Assembly: GCA_043228905.1 (NCBI GenBank)
Contig: JBHGNT010000014.1
Span: 14,446,001-14,510,000, forward strand
DNA from: Azolla caroliniana
Lineage: Eukaryota; Plantae; Polypodiophyta
Length of the DNA stretch: 64,000 nucleotides
Direction: 5' to 3'
In this document: positions 1 through 13,867 of the stretch, piece after piece
How the letters are laid out: every line of letters starts with the position of its first letter
Position numbering within the stretch: position 1 is the first letter of the stretch
The notes under the pieces: generated by a model
Told to the model about the DNA's origin: nothing
Databases searched by the model: none
The model's input: the letters and a program-made list of their open reading frames with translations, nothing else
Program-made: the position numbers and the translations under genes

Positions 1-1123
1 AAACACATGGAGTCGACTATGAACAGACCTTTGCCCCAATGGCAAAGATGACGATTGTGCAAACCATGATTGCACTTGCAGCAGCGAAAGGGTGGCACCT
101 CCATCAAATGGATGTCAAGAACGCCTTTCTTTAAGGTGAAACAGAAGAAGAGGTGTACATGGTACAACCACCCAGCTTCAAATCGAGCACCCATCTTAAA
201 GTAGTTTGTCGATTAAAGAAGTCACTCTATGGCCTTAAGCAAGCACCACATGCTTGGCACTCGGAGATAACACAGTATCTTCATCAAATCGGCTTCAGAA
301 TGTCAAAATCCGACAACTCCCTCTACATACGAAACAACTCTGGAAGTCCAATTTTCATCATCCTATACGTGGATGATCTGGTCATTGGAGGAGATAGTCT
401 AGTCGACATCAACAAGGTCAAGTCCCTCCTCTCTGACAAATTCGAGATGACGAACATGAAGGAGTTCAATTACTTCCTTGGCATCGAGGTAATTCGAACT
501 CGAGGTGGCATTATGATCTCTCAACAGCACTACATTCTCAACTTGTTATACAAGTTCGGGATGATTGAGGTCAAATCTATGGCAACCCCTCTTGATCGAA
601 ACCTCAAACAAGATGTCGCCTTCGGCATCACAGAGTGTGAGCCGAGTCAGTATCGACAATTGATCGGGAGCCTCATCTATCTCACAATCACTCGACCTGA
701 CGTTAGCTACCCTATTGGTCTCCTTAGCCAATTCATGCAAAAGCCATGTGACATTCACTTGGATTGCGTTAAGCAAGTGTTACAATACGTTAGCGGCACA
801 ATGGATTGTGGCATCCTCTACAAGACGGCAATGCCAATTCAACTCGAAGGGTACACAAATGCCGATTGGGCCGGCTATAGAGCCAAGCGACAATCGACCT
901 CCAGATTTGTTTTCTCCCTCAGCAGCGGCGTAATATCCTAGAGTAGCAACAAGGAGCTGATTGTTGCACTTTCGAGCACAGAGGCCGAATACAGGGGCGC
1001 GGTTGTGGCTGCATGTGAAGCCATGTGTCTCAAGAGGATTTTGAAGGATCTCCCGTTTTCTATGTTTGATCCTACGCTCAATTGTGGCCGAGCGTTGTTC
1101 ATTGGGAGCGTGTATTCCTGTCA
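1..1123 (+). mobile_element. Ty1/Copia RT-RNaseH fragment (decayed, cut by window edge), joined at ~1051 to an LTR 3' end
   Basis: Motifs [31 protein letters not shown] and ALSSTEAEY. In-frame stops at ~131 and 939. 1051-1123 resembles the U5 end of the LTR at 51090 (gtggccgagcgttg...tgtca). Confidence 0.93.
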
Positions 1124-1889
1124 TCTTCTTCTTCCTTTTCATTTTCTTCTAGTTTAGATTAATCTCCACTTCTGAAGTTTTCTTATGTCATTCTCTAACT
1201 GGAGTCTCAATCTCGTCCTTTTCTTCCCATCACATTGAAGTTCTGCGTTTGTTATGTGGAGAATTTTGCTTCACTTCTGCTATGAATCAAATTTTACTTT
1301 ACTTGTCATTATGGGCCGTCTATTTCTCTCCCTCATCTTCGTCTTCTCTTTCTTCTTCTATCACTGCATTTGGTTTTCTTCGTTGTCTTTCTTTTTTACT
1401 TGAGCTTTCCGAACTTGCAACTTGTCTAATTGTTGCAGTCTTATTGGCAACCTTACAGATTTTTCTCACTATCTTTCAGTAGGTATGGAGGTCGCCAAGA
1501 GTGCGGAGGAACAATCCAACATATACCATACTCCTCAATTTCTGCACATATACTTGCAATATACTTCATTGTGTCCCTGAATTCTTCATCAAGTGGAAAA
1601 GAAACCACAGGCCTTCCCAAGGGAATGAATGAGTGAGAGTTTTTGGGTGAAACGTATTGTTGTAAGTGTATGTGTAATGTGCACTAGAGTGTGTAATTAT
1701 GTTCATATGTGTGTAAACACATGTGCATGTTGTACATGTGTGTAGATATGAAAGAGTGTGAGTGAGTTGGGTGCGTGAATGGATAGAGGGGTATGCACCC
1801 CTATGCATCACATTGATGTATGATTCTCTCGTACTATATAACCCCACATGGCAATGAATAATAATAAGAAAGAAAAAAAATATTCCTAT

Positions 1890-2868
1890 CTCTTTCTCTC
1901 CCTCGTGCTCAACCCCATTATCATCTTCGAAACCACCATTCTTATATTAATCCAACAACAATGCATACAATGAATGTACCTTCGACCCCCAAGCAAGCAT
2001 GAGGTTCCCTTTGTGGAGCTTCGTCCACTCATTTGGCTTATACTCTTCTCTAGGATTTTTGTATTCAATCAGGTCAATCCGACCCTTCACGATCAAATAA
2101 TCTTGCATTTGTTCCTTCCAAAAGTTAAAGTTCGTGTCGTTGAAATTTTGAAGACTCATCTCTAACAAGCCAGATGTGGAAGCCATTTTTTACAAGAGCC
2201 AATTGGTTTGAAGTTCTGCTCGAAGTAGTTATGATCAAGAGAAAGGTACAACCGTCTAGTTTACCCGAAATATGATCTAGCGGGATTGAGCACGAACTTG
2301 GCAAAGTGCTTCTTCCTCTCACAGAACGCAGACATACAGTTGCCAAACAAAATATTTCAATCTGATTGAAACCTTGGAGATTTTGTTCAAGAAAGATCTA
2401 GTGAGCTTGAAGTTCTTTAACAAGTGGACTGAAGTGCTAATGTTGTCGAAGAAAAAGGGCGACCAGCAGCACATTCCTCGACCTCTGGTACCAACTGTTG
2501 GAGATGTGGTCATCAATGAAAGAGTTTGAAACGCAACACTTTATGCTAGAGGACAACAAGTTGATGGATGTGGAACAATGAACAGAAGTAACAAAGACAA
2601 TCTGCAAGAAACTAACAGGATGCAACAAAGGAGTGAGATAGAGGCACCAAGAACACACTATATTATTCAAGATTTCAGTTACAACAACAATGGCAACATC
2701 ATGTTCAAAGTAGGTTACAAACTTGGTTATATACTAACCAAGTTAGGGCAACTGCCCTTTGTGCTATTTACTAAAATAGCCTATACTAGTTTTTACAATG
2801 GAATAATGTGAATACATCCATTATATCACCGTATTCGACATCAAACTCAATATTTCCTAATTATAACA
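1890..2868 (-). mobile_element. Copia 5' end: degraded gag, PBS (2482-2493) and 5' LTR (2496 to ~2868)
   Basis: ORF 1947-2186 reads NFNDTNFNFWKEQMQDYLIVKG (Copia gag N-terminus). Minus-strand TGGTACCAGAGG is a Met-type PBS 2 nt from the LTR terminus. Distal LTR end uncertain. Confidence 0.75.
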
Positions 2869-2996
2869 ACACACCAATATCCAATATACAATATCCTAAA
2901 TAGATACTGGAGAAATATACATGTTCCTTAAAATGCAATGAATTCTTCCATACGTGGTTCACAATTTCAACAAAACAATTTTTATGTGATTTTATG

Positions 2997-3262
2997 TGTA
3001 GATCTACGGAAGAATGTATGAGGACATGTATGTTGAGATGAACAACAAACAACACAGATACATGACAAGAAGAAGAAACAGTAAAGAATAGACTCAGATT
3101 TCAAGCTTCAATGGAAGTTCTTATTCTCTCTTTCTTTGTAACTCTTACACTCCGAGGTATATGTTTACAATGTTAGGGTTGAGCTTATGTACTCAAACCC
3201 TAGATAGAGGACGTGTTCACAGTAGGATACAAAGTGGAGGGAGTCGGCCTTTTATGCCAACA
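2997..3262 (-). mobile_element. Solo LTR with perfect 5-bp TSD (TTATG)
   Basis: TG...CA termini, TTATG at 2992-2996 and 3263-3267. Reverse complement aligns along its length with the PBS-associated LTR at 48136-48428. Confidence 0.9.
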
Positions 3263-3947
3263 TTATGTTGTGGGTCAAAGTTTTCAAAAATATTGTCGAA
3301 AGCTTGATGGTTCTTGTTGTTCCCTAAAATAGGACATTACACTTCTCATTACTATAATATATTTAGCATCCGTCTATTTTCGTACTCATAATAATCAACT
3401 AGTATATAGATAATGGATGACAATAATATCATTTTATTCATTTTTGAAAACTATCTAATGAACACATGCCTTTTATACGATGACCCAACACGCCATATGC
3501 AATGTTTTGGCTTATAAAATCATAGAAGTCATTTAGGAATCCAAAATATATGCCACGACTTAAGTCATGTTTTTTATCCAATGATTCAGAGGCATAAGGA
3601 TATTGTCCAAAAGAAGTTGAAACTTATGCCACAAGGGCTTGTGTATACCAAGGGTTTTGCATCCAAAAACAATGTATTGCCATCACCTATGATTACATCA
3701 ATTAGTCCCTTTATATCTTTTTGAGGCAACAAATAAGCCTTGTCAACTTTCAACTTGGTTAAGACATTTTGAAAAATGTTCTCCATTCTTGCCCAATTGA
3801 GATGTTTCATCATATTTTTCTAACATCCAGTCAAGTTGGTGGTAAATGAGCGCTAACAGGTACACATGCTCACACACGTACATTGTTTTAGCAATGAATA
3901 ATATTACAATTGGAAACCACACATAATTGGAGAATATTGGGTACATG

Positions 3948-4510
3948 TAGTTATGGGGCTTGTTTCGGTTCAAACTGAACCTTAAGAGCTATGGTTTAAC
4001 GGTTTATCAATTCCAATATAATAAAACAGTTCGGTTTGGTTCAATTATTGTTAAACGGTTTGGTTTAGTTTGGTTTTGTTCTAAAACTCAAGTTTATTGG
4101 TTTATTGGCTTATTGGTTTAAGTAGTTTAATTTAATGGCTTATTGGTTTTGGTTAACTTTTTTTGTTTCCATAATGGTTTATTAGTTTAGTGGTTTAATT
4201 AATAGTTTTTTGTGCATTGATTTAATTATTTACCTTAAATGCTTATTTAATTTAATGGGTTTTCTTAATGTAACATATTTTTGTTTCCTTAATTTTTTAA
4301 TTAATTTGACTTAAATTGTTAGGTTTGAATTCTTTATTGAATGGTTCGGTTTGGTTTCAACTTTTACCTAAATTGTCTGGTATACCTTTTCCTTAAATGT
4401 TTCGAATCTAGATTTAAGCAGTTTGAGAGTTCATAAACGGTTTGGTTTTGTTTTGTTTTCTATAAATGGTTAGGTTTCAAGGCAAAGAAATCGAATCAGG
4501 CCCATATTGA
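3948..4510. mobile_element. hAT-type MITE
   Basis: Ends TAGTTATGGG / CCCATATTGA. 8-bp TSD GGTACATG / GGTACATA (7/8). Many subterminal (C/T)GGTTT motifs. Confidence 0.7.
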
Positions 4511-6112
4511 GGTACATACATGGCTTCAAACAAAATCCACAAGTTTTCGGTGATTGTTTGACATCCCTCTATTTTAATAATCCACATCTAATAATATGTT
4601 TAGCACAAGGTTTTTTTGCCAATGGTATTTTACACAAAAAAACAAAACCATAGAAAAGATCAACATTATGATACCTATTATTAAAATCAAAGACCTTTTT
4701 GTCAATAAAGAAATAAAGATGGAAGAGGTTGAAGATGAAACTCCACCCAACCAATTACCTCAAACTATTATCAATAAGTTGATATAGAGGATGCTCATGT
4801 CCTAAAGAACATGCACAAATTTTGTGGACGTGGACTAGACAAAACGATTAGCTTTTGTAAGTAGAGTCTTACCATTGTTATATCTAGTGGTAATTCAAAT
4901 ATATCATAAGAACATCACAAATTGGTCTTTGGTAGCCTCGAAACTCCATATCTATGTCCATAAAATAGATAGCAAGATTATGCCTAACTATGGCCATGTT
5001 GATACCATGCCATTATTTATTCTTTTTCTCGTGATAAGTTTTGGGTAGGTGGTGATGCAAGTGTGCCTATGGATCACATGCAAATTCTCAAGTCTAAAGT
5101 ATTCTAAACATCCATCCAAATGATGCAATCCCATATAGATAAGATGACACAGAGCATATCCACCATTAGAACTTAGGCGCATTAGACACATCATGTCACG
5201 TAGTGGAAGAGGTAAGGATGAATTAAGTTTTTCCAACAGTAAAGGAACTGAGCGGGTATAACTTTATTTTTAATCATACATCTTTTCCAACATGTTGTAC
5301 TATCAATTTGTCATGCAATGAATGGATCAGATGAATTATATTTTATAGGTGCTTTAACTTGGAAGCCTAGGGAGAAATGTCCTCTACAATGTTGTTAAGT
5401 TAAGTATGTACTCCAAGAATATAGGTGTGTAGGACATGTAGATCAGATGAAGACGAGATACTATGGACACTTGGTTGTACAAACAATTTGTGCGTTACAT
5501 GAAACACAAAGAATCTCTTCAAACTTTTTCATTGAACTTTTTAGTGGGAAGAGGGATATTCACAAATCACTTTATCTCTCTCTCTCTCTCTCTCTCTCTT
5601 AAGGTGCAGCAACACAAGAACTTCTCCCCCTCTCTCTCTCATTCAAAAGAAAGATATGAAAGAAAAAGTGCATTATCCGAAGAAAAAGTGCCCGCCGGGA
5701 AAATTTAAAGAAAAAGGTCACCAAAAAAGGTATTGATGTTAGTGTGGCATGATCTTTTCTCAAGGATAGGGTGTCACTTTAAAGCCAAGCTGGCAAAACA
5801 TGCACATGTATGTTTGTATGGATGGATGGGACACATGGCTATATACATACATACACACACACATACATATGGCTATGTATGTAAGTATGTATGTACACGT
5901 TACAATATGACCACGGAACATGCCACACGTGTGGATAGATAGAAGTATAAAAATGAAGGGCATTCCTAACTATTGGAGGTGTATAGATTTGAATCATCAT
6001 AAACTCTTTAAGCAACTCAACCAAAGATTTATTCATATATATGTATGTATATTTATTCATAAGAGGGCCTTAATTATTCACAAATCATTAAGCTTTAGAA
6101 ACTTAGCATAGT

Positions 6113-6799
6113 ATGTATAATAGGTGGAGCATGTGGAGGGGTGATCATCACCAATATGGTGGAGAGATGGGGGGCATGGATGACCATGAAAGCTGGATGA
6201 CTGAGGTGTTAGGCTATGAGAGCACATCATGTATCATAGATCACGAGGATGGTCATGGTCATGGCCATGGTGGGTTGTCACGTGATGGTAATGAGAGTGA
6301 TGGCAAGGTGTCACGTGACCTTGATCCACAAGCAACACCTCAGATTATTCCCAGAAATTTTCCACCTCCTCTTTCCTCCTCCTCTCTTCCTCGATCCTGC
6401 ACCCTCAGATCTTTCAAATCCAACGGTCGCCTCGTCCTCACACTAGTCCAACATATGCCCTCCCCTAATGTTGTTATTGACGATCCTAGCAAGGCATTGC
6501 CGTTAATGAAGAGGGACAAACCTTTCCTTCATACCTTCCTCCACTTCACATTAATCCCACCTTCCCTGATCTTGGAATCACCCCTACATCCTTCGTCCCA
6601 TGTGGCCACTCAACCATCCTTTCCAAAAGTCACCCCACTAAACTCCATATTTCACGAGGCCACCCAATCTCCATTCGCTATCGACATGCAATTGTCGGAT
6701 TCACTATGTAACATTCAACCAAGGATTCAAGACCGGTTTCCTCTTATTGAAACCCAATTTTCTTTATTCCGAGACACTCGAGCATCCATTAGAACCTAA
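6113..6799 (+). CDS. FANTASTIC FOUR (FAF)-like protein, 228 aa, intronless
   Basis: N-terminal MTEVLGYES resembles the FAF (C)TESLGSE motif. FAF core RNFPPPLSS...LRSFKSNGRLVL is present. The second NGRL half of the domain is not evident. Confidence 0.8.
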   Translation: MYNRWSMWRGDHHQYGGEMGGMDDHESWMTEVLGYESTSCIIDHEDGHGHGHGGLSRDGNESDGKVSRDLDPQATPQIIPRNFPPPLSSSSLPRSCTLRSFKSNGRLVLTLVQHMPSPNVVIDDPSKALPLMKRDKPFLHTFLHFTLIPPSLILESPLHPSSHVATQPSFPKVTPLNSIFHEATQSPFAIDMQLSDSLCNIQPRIQDRFPLIETQFSLFRDTRASIRT

Positions 6800-6900
6800 C
6801 TCTCCTCCCTCCTTTGAGTGAATTGGCTTCTTTCAACCTAACTCTCCTCCCTCCTTTGAGTGAATTGGCTTCTTTCTTTATTCCGAGACACTCGAGCATT
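6758..6900 (+). repeat. Patchwork short duplications at the FAF1 stop codon (42 bp x2; ~27 bp x2)
   Basis: aacctaactctcctccctcctttgagtgaattggcttctttc occurs twice. tttctttattccgagacactcgagcat occurs at ~6758 and ~6872. Confidence 0.85.
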
Positions 6901-7829
6901 CTTTCAACCTATTTATGTTTCAATGTTGAAGTAAAAAAAATTGGCTTGAGTGAATTGGATTTCCTTTCTACATCTTATCTCTTTGTCTTCAATAGAATAA
7001 GTGTTCTTATACTCAAAAACTCACTTTAAAGTGTTCTTATACTTCCAAACTCACCTTTGTGTAATAGTGTGTCTTTCCAAAACAAAAATGATTTCTTTTA
7101 TTCATTCTTTACCATTTACTTATCTACACCAATCAACATGGGCCCAACGGAAAAGGACCTCATTTTTTTAGATACATCATATTGTTGATTTGCAATGCAA
7201 TTCATCTCTCGGCATTCCGTTCTTCTAAGGCGAAGTGCATATAAGATGTAGTGCATGGGTTCGTAAAATGCGTATTGGCCCTTTTATAAAAGTTGTGTTC
7301 TTGTTTTACTCCTTTGCCCATGAATTTTAAGTCCTAATTTTAGAGGTAAAAAAAGGAAATTGCACTTTAATGAAAGGTTATCTAAATGTAAGGGTGTGGA
7401 GGCGAGATATTTTGGAGCTTTGCTTTGTTTAAGTCTTCCTCAAGGTGAGAATACTCGTTTCCCTATCTCTCCTTCATTATTGGTTGTTGCTATATTGAAG
7501 ACTCAGCTTTCATCTTCCAAATATATACATCACACAATAGAGACTAAAATTCCAATTCTAAGGTAATGCCCTCAAATGTTCTCACCAAAGAAAGTCTTGT
7601 TTTAAGTATATTACCAACATATCCATTGGACTTTGTTTTACACCATTGATGGATCAATGCATATATGATATAGATATAACTATGCCACCCTCTAATATAT
7701 ATGTTGAATGTGTATGGAATGATACAACAATGTCATATAAGATCACTGCATGTATGTTGATTCCTTTTTTCTTTTTCTTATTTCCATAAAAAATATGCTC
7801 CATTGGTATTAAAATTGAAAAGGACAGAG

Positions 7830-8162
7830 CATTGTTGTAAAATACTTAGCAAAAATACGTGTAGAATATGTATCCTAAGTATTCTAACTTTTTTTTAAAA
7901 TACTTAGAATACGTATTTTATAGATAAAATATGTTAAATACTTAGAATACATGTAGAATACTTAGAATACGTGTAGAATACTTGTAAAATACATAAAATA
8001 CTTCTTAAATTTTAAAGTTCTTTTTTTCAAAAAAAAAATTGAAATGATAAATACTTCAAATTTTAAAAAACGGTAGTTCTAAAAAGTAGAATACGTGTAG
8101 AATAGTTCAGAGTATTCTAAAACATACTCTAAACATAGAATACGCGTTTTTTAACAACTAAG
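7830..8162. mobile_element. hAT-type MITE
   Basis: Ends CATTGTTGTAAAA / TTTTAACAACTAAG. 8-bp TSD GGACAGAG / GGCCAGAG. Internal AGAATAC(G/A)TGT repeats. Confidence 0.75.
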
Positions 8163-8249
8163 GGCCAGAGGCACTATACAAATAGTATATAATGTTTGTT
8201 TCATCTCCACAAGTATATATCATCAAAGAAAGGACCAAATATAAGGGAT

Positions 8250-8570
8250 GGCATTTGGAAAGATAAGGATAATTATAATCCATGAATACAACTCTCAGCC
8301 TTTGCCAATAACACCTTTGCTAGGACAAGCCAAGAGACCACATATAAAGGTATTAGAATTGGGGACCATACCATCAATCTCCAACCTGTGAAAACAAGTT
8401 AGTGTTTCGTCGAAACATCTATAAGCTCTATCATCATTACATTCCATGAGACCACATCTGTAGTTAGAACCGTCTAAAACACATCTACCTTTGCCCCTTG
8501 TCAAGGTCTCCAAAAGCTTCACGTTGTAGACAAAGTTGGCTGAACTTGATTCCGCATATAGTAAAACTCT
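8250..8570 (-). pseudogene. PLS-class PPR gene fragment
   Basis: Reads ...FDETLTCFHRLEIDGMVPNSNTFICGLLACPSKGVIGKG, a PPR P/L-motif pattern. Frameshifted and truncated. Confidence 0.6.
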
Positions 8571-10810
8571 TCACCATAACCATAGTCAACATATAAACAA
8601 ATTCTTGCAGTCCAAGAGAATACATTTTTTGCTTGTAGTCATGCTCAACCTACCTTGGTTGTCCACCCTAGCTGGTAGTCTGAAAATTTCATGTTTGCAT
8701 TTGGTTCCTCATATACTAAAGACCATACTCAACATGTAAACAACTTCTATCAACACTCTGGTTTATCACAACTTCCATGTTGTCACAATAGCCATGCACC
8801 GGTAACACCACAATCATCTACCTATAAAACAACATTACCTATGTCCTCATCTCCAAACAAATATGCTTCGACCCCCACACCATCTTCACTCATCCTTATC
8901 ACAAAACAGAATTCTACTTCTTTCGGTCAGCATCAACCATCTCACCGCTTACCACCAAGGTCCTATACAAATAAAAACAAAATAAGTCTAGTATGTTTGC
9001 TCATCCCCTCAATTCCCATCGCCATCATCACTCATCCTATGGGAAACATAACATCTTCTTAATTTAGTCCAAATCAGCATCTCGTTGACCATCTTGTGTA
9101 TGTTGATTCCTTTGTGTACTTTAACATCTTATAGTACTCTAAGTAGGGTTATTGTACATCAAGTAATCCTTGGTATGTTGTGTTGATGCACTTAGTCGTG
9201 TCTTACTTACCACCTACATGCATTTGGCTTGATAATGTTGTGAAATATAATTTTGTTATTTTATACATAAAGATTATTTTATTTTATTTCTTCAACAAGA
9301 CAATCAATGTACATAAGGGTTTTTATTTGAGCTCGTGTATTGACTCTTGAAATCTTGATATGGAGTATTAATTTCTAGTACTTGAGTCTTTTCGTAAATC
9401 CAAATCTTAGTTAAGATACAAACTTGGGAACGCCAACATGTTTGCTTTTGAATGTCTAGTCTTAAAAGTGTTGCCAATGTGTAGGAATACACAAGTTTGA
9501 ACAAACAACACCATTTCATAAAAATGGGAAATTCCACGAGGCAGCCCATGAAAGGGTTTAAAGTCTTCTCACATGGCTTCACATCCTCCTTAATTCAAGT
9601 TCCCCATGGTCTTGTACGCGTTTGCACGACATAATTTGGTGTATCGATGTGAAAGAGGTGGCAAGGGAAGGTAACTATGTAGGGAGAACAGTTTGCAACC
9701 ATGATGACCACAATGTTGGACTGCATGTTTCGAGAAAGTGACAACATTGTCGAGCTAGATAAAGCCATAGAGACTATCATACCATTCACAAGTGAGCATC
9801 AATTAATAATGATGGGCTTCATGACATAGTGTGATTATTCTTCTAGTCATGGCTAAATCTATTAGCTAACAACCCTACACCAACCTCTGTATTTGGCACA
9901 TTTTCTCATATTTGTGGTTGAAAGGCCCAAAAGGTTGCATGGATTTGTGGTTGGAAATCTCTTGTAGACATACATACTTGTTGACTTGAACGTTTTTCAG
10001 AATTATTGGCTTTTTTTGCACCTAGCACAATCACTTGATTAAGTTATGTCCTCAACGTGAGAGTTTATGGATAGTATGGATGTATTCATATGACACAATG
10101 CTACAAATTGATGATATCATGTTAGTGTTAAAGGAGTATATAGTGAAGTATATGGGTCAATTTATTGTCCATACATAGGGTTCTCCTAAGGTGTGTTAGG
10201 TCAAGGTGTCTCTTACTTGGATGGTCATGTGTTGATGTACATTGGGGCAAACTATACGTTGAATGGATCAATGTCATATTCCTTGTTGTCTACTTGACAA
10301 GCTATAAAGGTGGCATACTTTCTTCCCTGGTGATGGGGACTATTCTATGACCCTTCAGAAAATTTTGAAGGGTGATCATGTGAAATAAATTCACCCATAA
10401 AATGTTTTGTAAATTCACTTTCAAAAGGCTTAAAGAATGGTAGTTTGCCATGAGACTTGGACCACTCACAATTTTTTTTTTGCTTTTTCCTATTGTAAAA
10501 TTTGGGTAATTTGTATTACTATTATGTAGTATTGAGATTGTTTTAAAGACTTTTACATAGTTTTAAACTTTATTGCAAGAAAATCAAAACTATTTTCACC
10601 ATATTTGGTAGGAGTTTGAATCCAAACCTCCTAAATATGACCACAACCTAGCTATCATTTAAAAAAATGTTTTGCATCTATGTGTTGGAGGAGGTGGAGC
10701 CATGGGTGGTGTAACAAAAGAAAATGAGAAACATTGCATATGATTGTTATCTAGGTCATGATGAGATAGGTACATTCATTACAAAGTTTTGCGTTAAAGA
10801 TGAGACATTT

Positions 10811-11755
10811 AGTTGGACCAATTATACTTGATTACTACTCCGATACCATATTGTTATTAAGGATTCTATTGGAATTTAATGCTATTCATTTGATCCCAAA
10901 GGAAAAGATCCCCAAATGTGATGCTTTTGTCTCTGTTAAATGTCCTCTTTGCCATTTTTGGGAATCTTCCCTAGAGAGTAGATAGCAAAACAGCAAAATC
11001 AGATATAATAATCATTTAATGGGTGATAATTTTATATCATCCAACAATATTCATATATTTTGTGGGTTTAAGAGATTGATAGGAATAGTGGGAGTGAGAC
11101 CATCAAAAAATGAGAAAACTTTCATTACCAAGGGATCTAGGGTTAGTAGTGATAGTATGGGTAGGAGTAGTTATGGTGGATTGACCAAAGAACACAAGTC
11201 ATGAATAAGCATAGATGGGATTATCATGATCAATATTTACGACCAATGCAATGTCATGATTCATGATGAGGTGATACAAGACCTAAACAATTGGGTTCAA
11301 GAGCAAGTCATAACCTTTTGGGCAACTCATGAAGATGGCACAAATCATGTAATCTTTTACTTTGATCTCCAAAGCTTCCACATAGATTTATAACTATTCA
11401 TCTAGAAGTAACAACAAATGGTACTTACATGAGTTTTACTAAAGGATTTATACAAGCCCAATTTAGGGTAATTTCCATGATTACATCTTCTGAAACTCGA
11501 CTTTCAAGTTAGTTGACGACTCTTCGGAATCTAATATCATCCTAAAAGTAGCTAGTTATTAAGCCTAACACACACACACACACATGTACATATATATGTA
11601 TGATCCATTTAATAGACCTTCTAGCCTTAAATTTCAATTGAGTGGTTTTAAATAGTCTCTTTATTGACCCCATGTCTTTGTGATGCATCATATTGCATAT
11701 AACTAGTTCTTTTTAGCATATTATATTGCTAACCTCCCTCCCTTCCTCTCTCTTT
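10811..11755 (+). pseudogene. Inverted, frameshifted duplicate of the 3' half and downstream flank of the FAF gene at 27294-28433
   Basis: VGPIILDYYSDTILLLRILLEFNAIHLI and RPSKNEKTFITKGSRVSSDS match ORF 27294-28445. Similarity continues through non-coding sequence to 27027. Confidence 0.9.
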
Positions 11756-12787
11756 CTGAATACGATAATATAATCTATCTATATATCTATCTCTTTCATT
11801 GCTATAGAGGCAAGGTCTTATTAGGTCCAAGAGCTTCCTTTTCAAATAAAAATTAAGAATTGTTTCCATTTGAGCATAAGCAATATAAATTACATTATTA
11901 GCATGTTGAAAATGGACATACTATTGTTGGCATTGTCATTCGCGAAGTTATATCAAGTATGGAATATGTGCGTGGAGCATAAACAAATGGATATTCTATG
12001 GTGGACTTGGCTCAATAACATATATAGTATAACATTAAGAGAAATAGGTGAAAAAGTAAACCGAATAGAACCCTTTATATATTATTTAGATTGAAGTTAC
12101 ATCCTATAGTAGGAAACTTTGTTGCCTTCTATGGGCTATAGTTAGGGGTTTATATAGGTCTCTTCATGCTATAGGACAGGTGAGAAAATGCCGCCACTTG
12201 GCGTTTATGTCTATGCCCAAGCATTTAGACTAGGTTCAATGTATTTGTACATGGACTTTCCCATCAAACTTTCTCTATATTATTATAAGAGGATTTTGAT
12301 TGCTTTAAGATCTTTTACCTTATTGGTAGTTACAATGATTCATAAAAATATATATATAGGTTCAAAGTTTAAACTACTTCATTGTACATATTTGCAAAAT
12401 GTTTCAATATCCATCCAAGTTTTTTTTCTCCTTTGTTAACCCATTTTGCCAAGCATCAAGACATTGTAAAACGATTTAGATAGCCTTACTAATGTTGAAA
12501 ATAAAACCATTGCCAACCTAAAACAATATCGATGTCATCACTCTTGTCATCTAGATCCATAACCTCCTCTTATAAATTTTGAGATCTTGTGTATGTAAAT
12601 ACCAAATGTGGTAGTTGATTATAGGAATCCTTGCTCATAGTCTAATGGGGCTTGATATAGTAATCGGAATTCCTCTTAGTGTTTGTCTTTTCTCTTCAAT
12701 AGTCATATATAAAACATTTAGTGTCTTATATGAAAGCAATTATCTATTTATTTATTTTTCATGGTCAGTCTTCTTTTATAGTTACTA

Positions 12788-13706
12788 AGAGAGAGAGAGA
12801 TGAGGCTCCACCTCAAAGAATTTTGGAGTTTGTTGAAGCACGACAATTATTACGCATTCTGCCTAATTATGGGTTTATTTGGCAACAACTACAAAATATT
12901 CCATTGATTCAAGGTCCCTTACCTCTACAAAAAGGAGAACAATCGTGGATTGATTGGTGTTTAAAGGGTCAAACATCATTGTTACAAGTGCCTACTAATC
13001 TTTTGTATCATTGCTCTATTGAGTCTCTTGGATGGTTATCATCTAAGGCTGAAGAAGAATGGAGATTACACAAATTTGATTATGGATGGTGGCAAATCTT
13101 ACAATGTAGTTGGCATTCTAAATTGCCACTTGTAGCAAAGGTTTTCATTTGGAGAGTTTTGATTGGAGGATTGCCTTTGGGATTAACTCTGAAGCGTCGT
13201 GGACTAGCAACGGGTAATTGCTTTTTTTGCACTATTCAAATGGAAGATAATACTCATCGATTTATACAATGTCCTATTGCTTCTCAAATTTGGAGTTACA
13301 TTTCTCAAATTTGACAAGTTTTATCACGATGTTATTTGACACCTAGACAATGGGTGTTTGCACAATTTACACATGTTGACCCAAAGTTAGAGATGGAGAT
13401 TGTTTTTCTATTTTTGAGATATTGGGGATTGTGTCATAATTGGAATATGCACAACGTTTTTGTATTCGATGGTAGACATGGAGTGAAAGCATATCTACGA
13501 AAGTTGATGGGAGTACTAATGTGACAATTTTCTTTATTGGAGCAAGTGGAGATTCTTTCCTCGATGGAGTGTTCATCTTGCCTATTGGCAATTCAACATG
13601 TTCCACCACCCATGTAATGTAGTTAGTGGGTGACCATACTTAATTGTCACACCCATTGTAAGTAGTGTTTTTTACACACATTTATTAATATAATTGTGTG
13701 TTTTCA

Positions 13707-13750
<44 letters not shown>
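12788..13750 (+). mobile_element. 5'-truncated L1-type LINE (zf-RVT region and 3' end) bounded by (GA)n
   Basis: WHSKLPLVAKVFIWRVLIGGLP...CFFC...HRFIQC is a zf-RVT domain. GA runs lie at 12788-12800 and 13710-13750. Confidence 0.88.
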
Positions 13751-13754
<4 letters not shown>

Positions 13755-13867
13755 GAGGAGGAGGAGGAGGAGGACTAAGGGCAAGTAAGTGCTTCTTTTG
13801 CACCATTCCATTGGAGGACAATACACATAGGTTCATTAAACGTCTCATATCACATATCATTTGGAAG

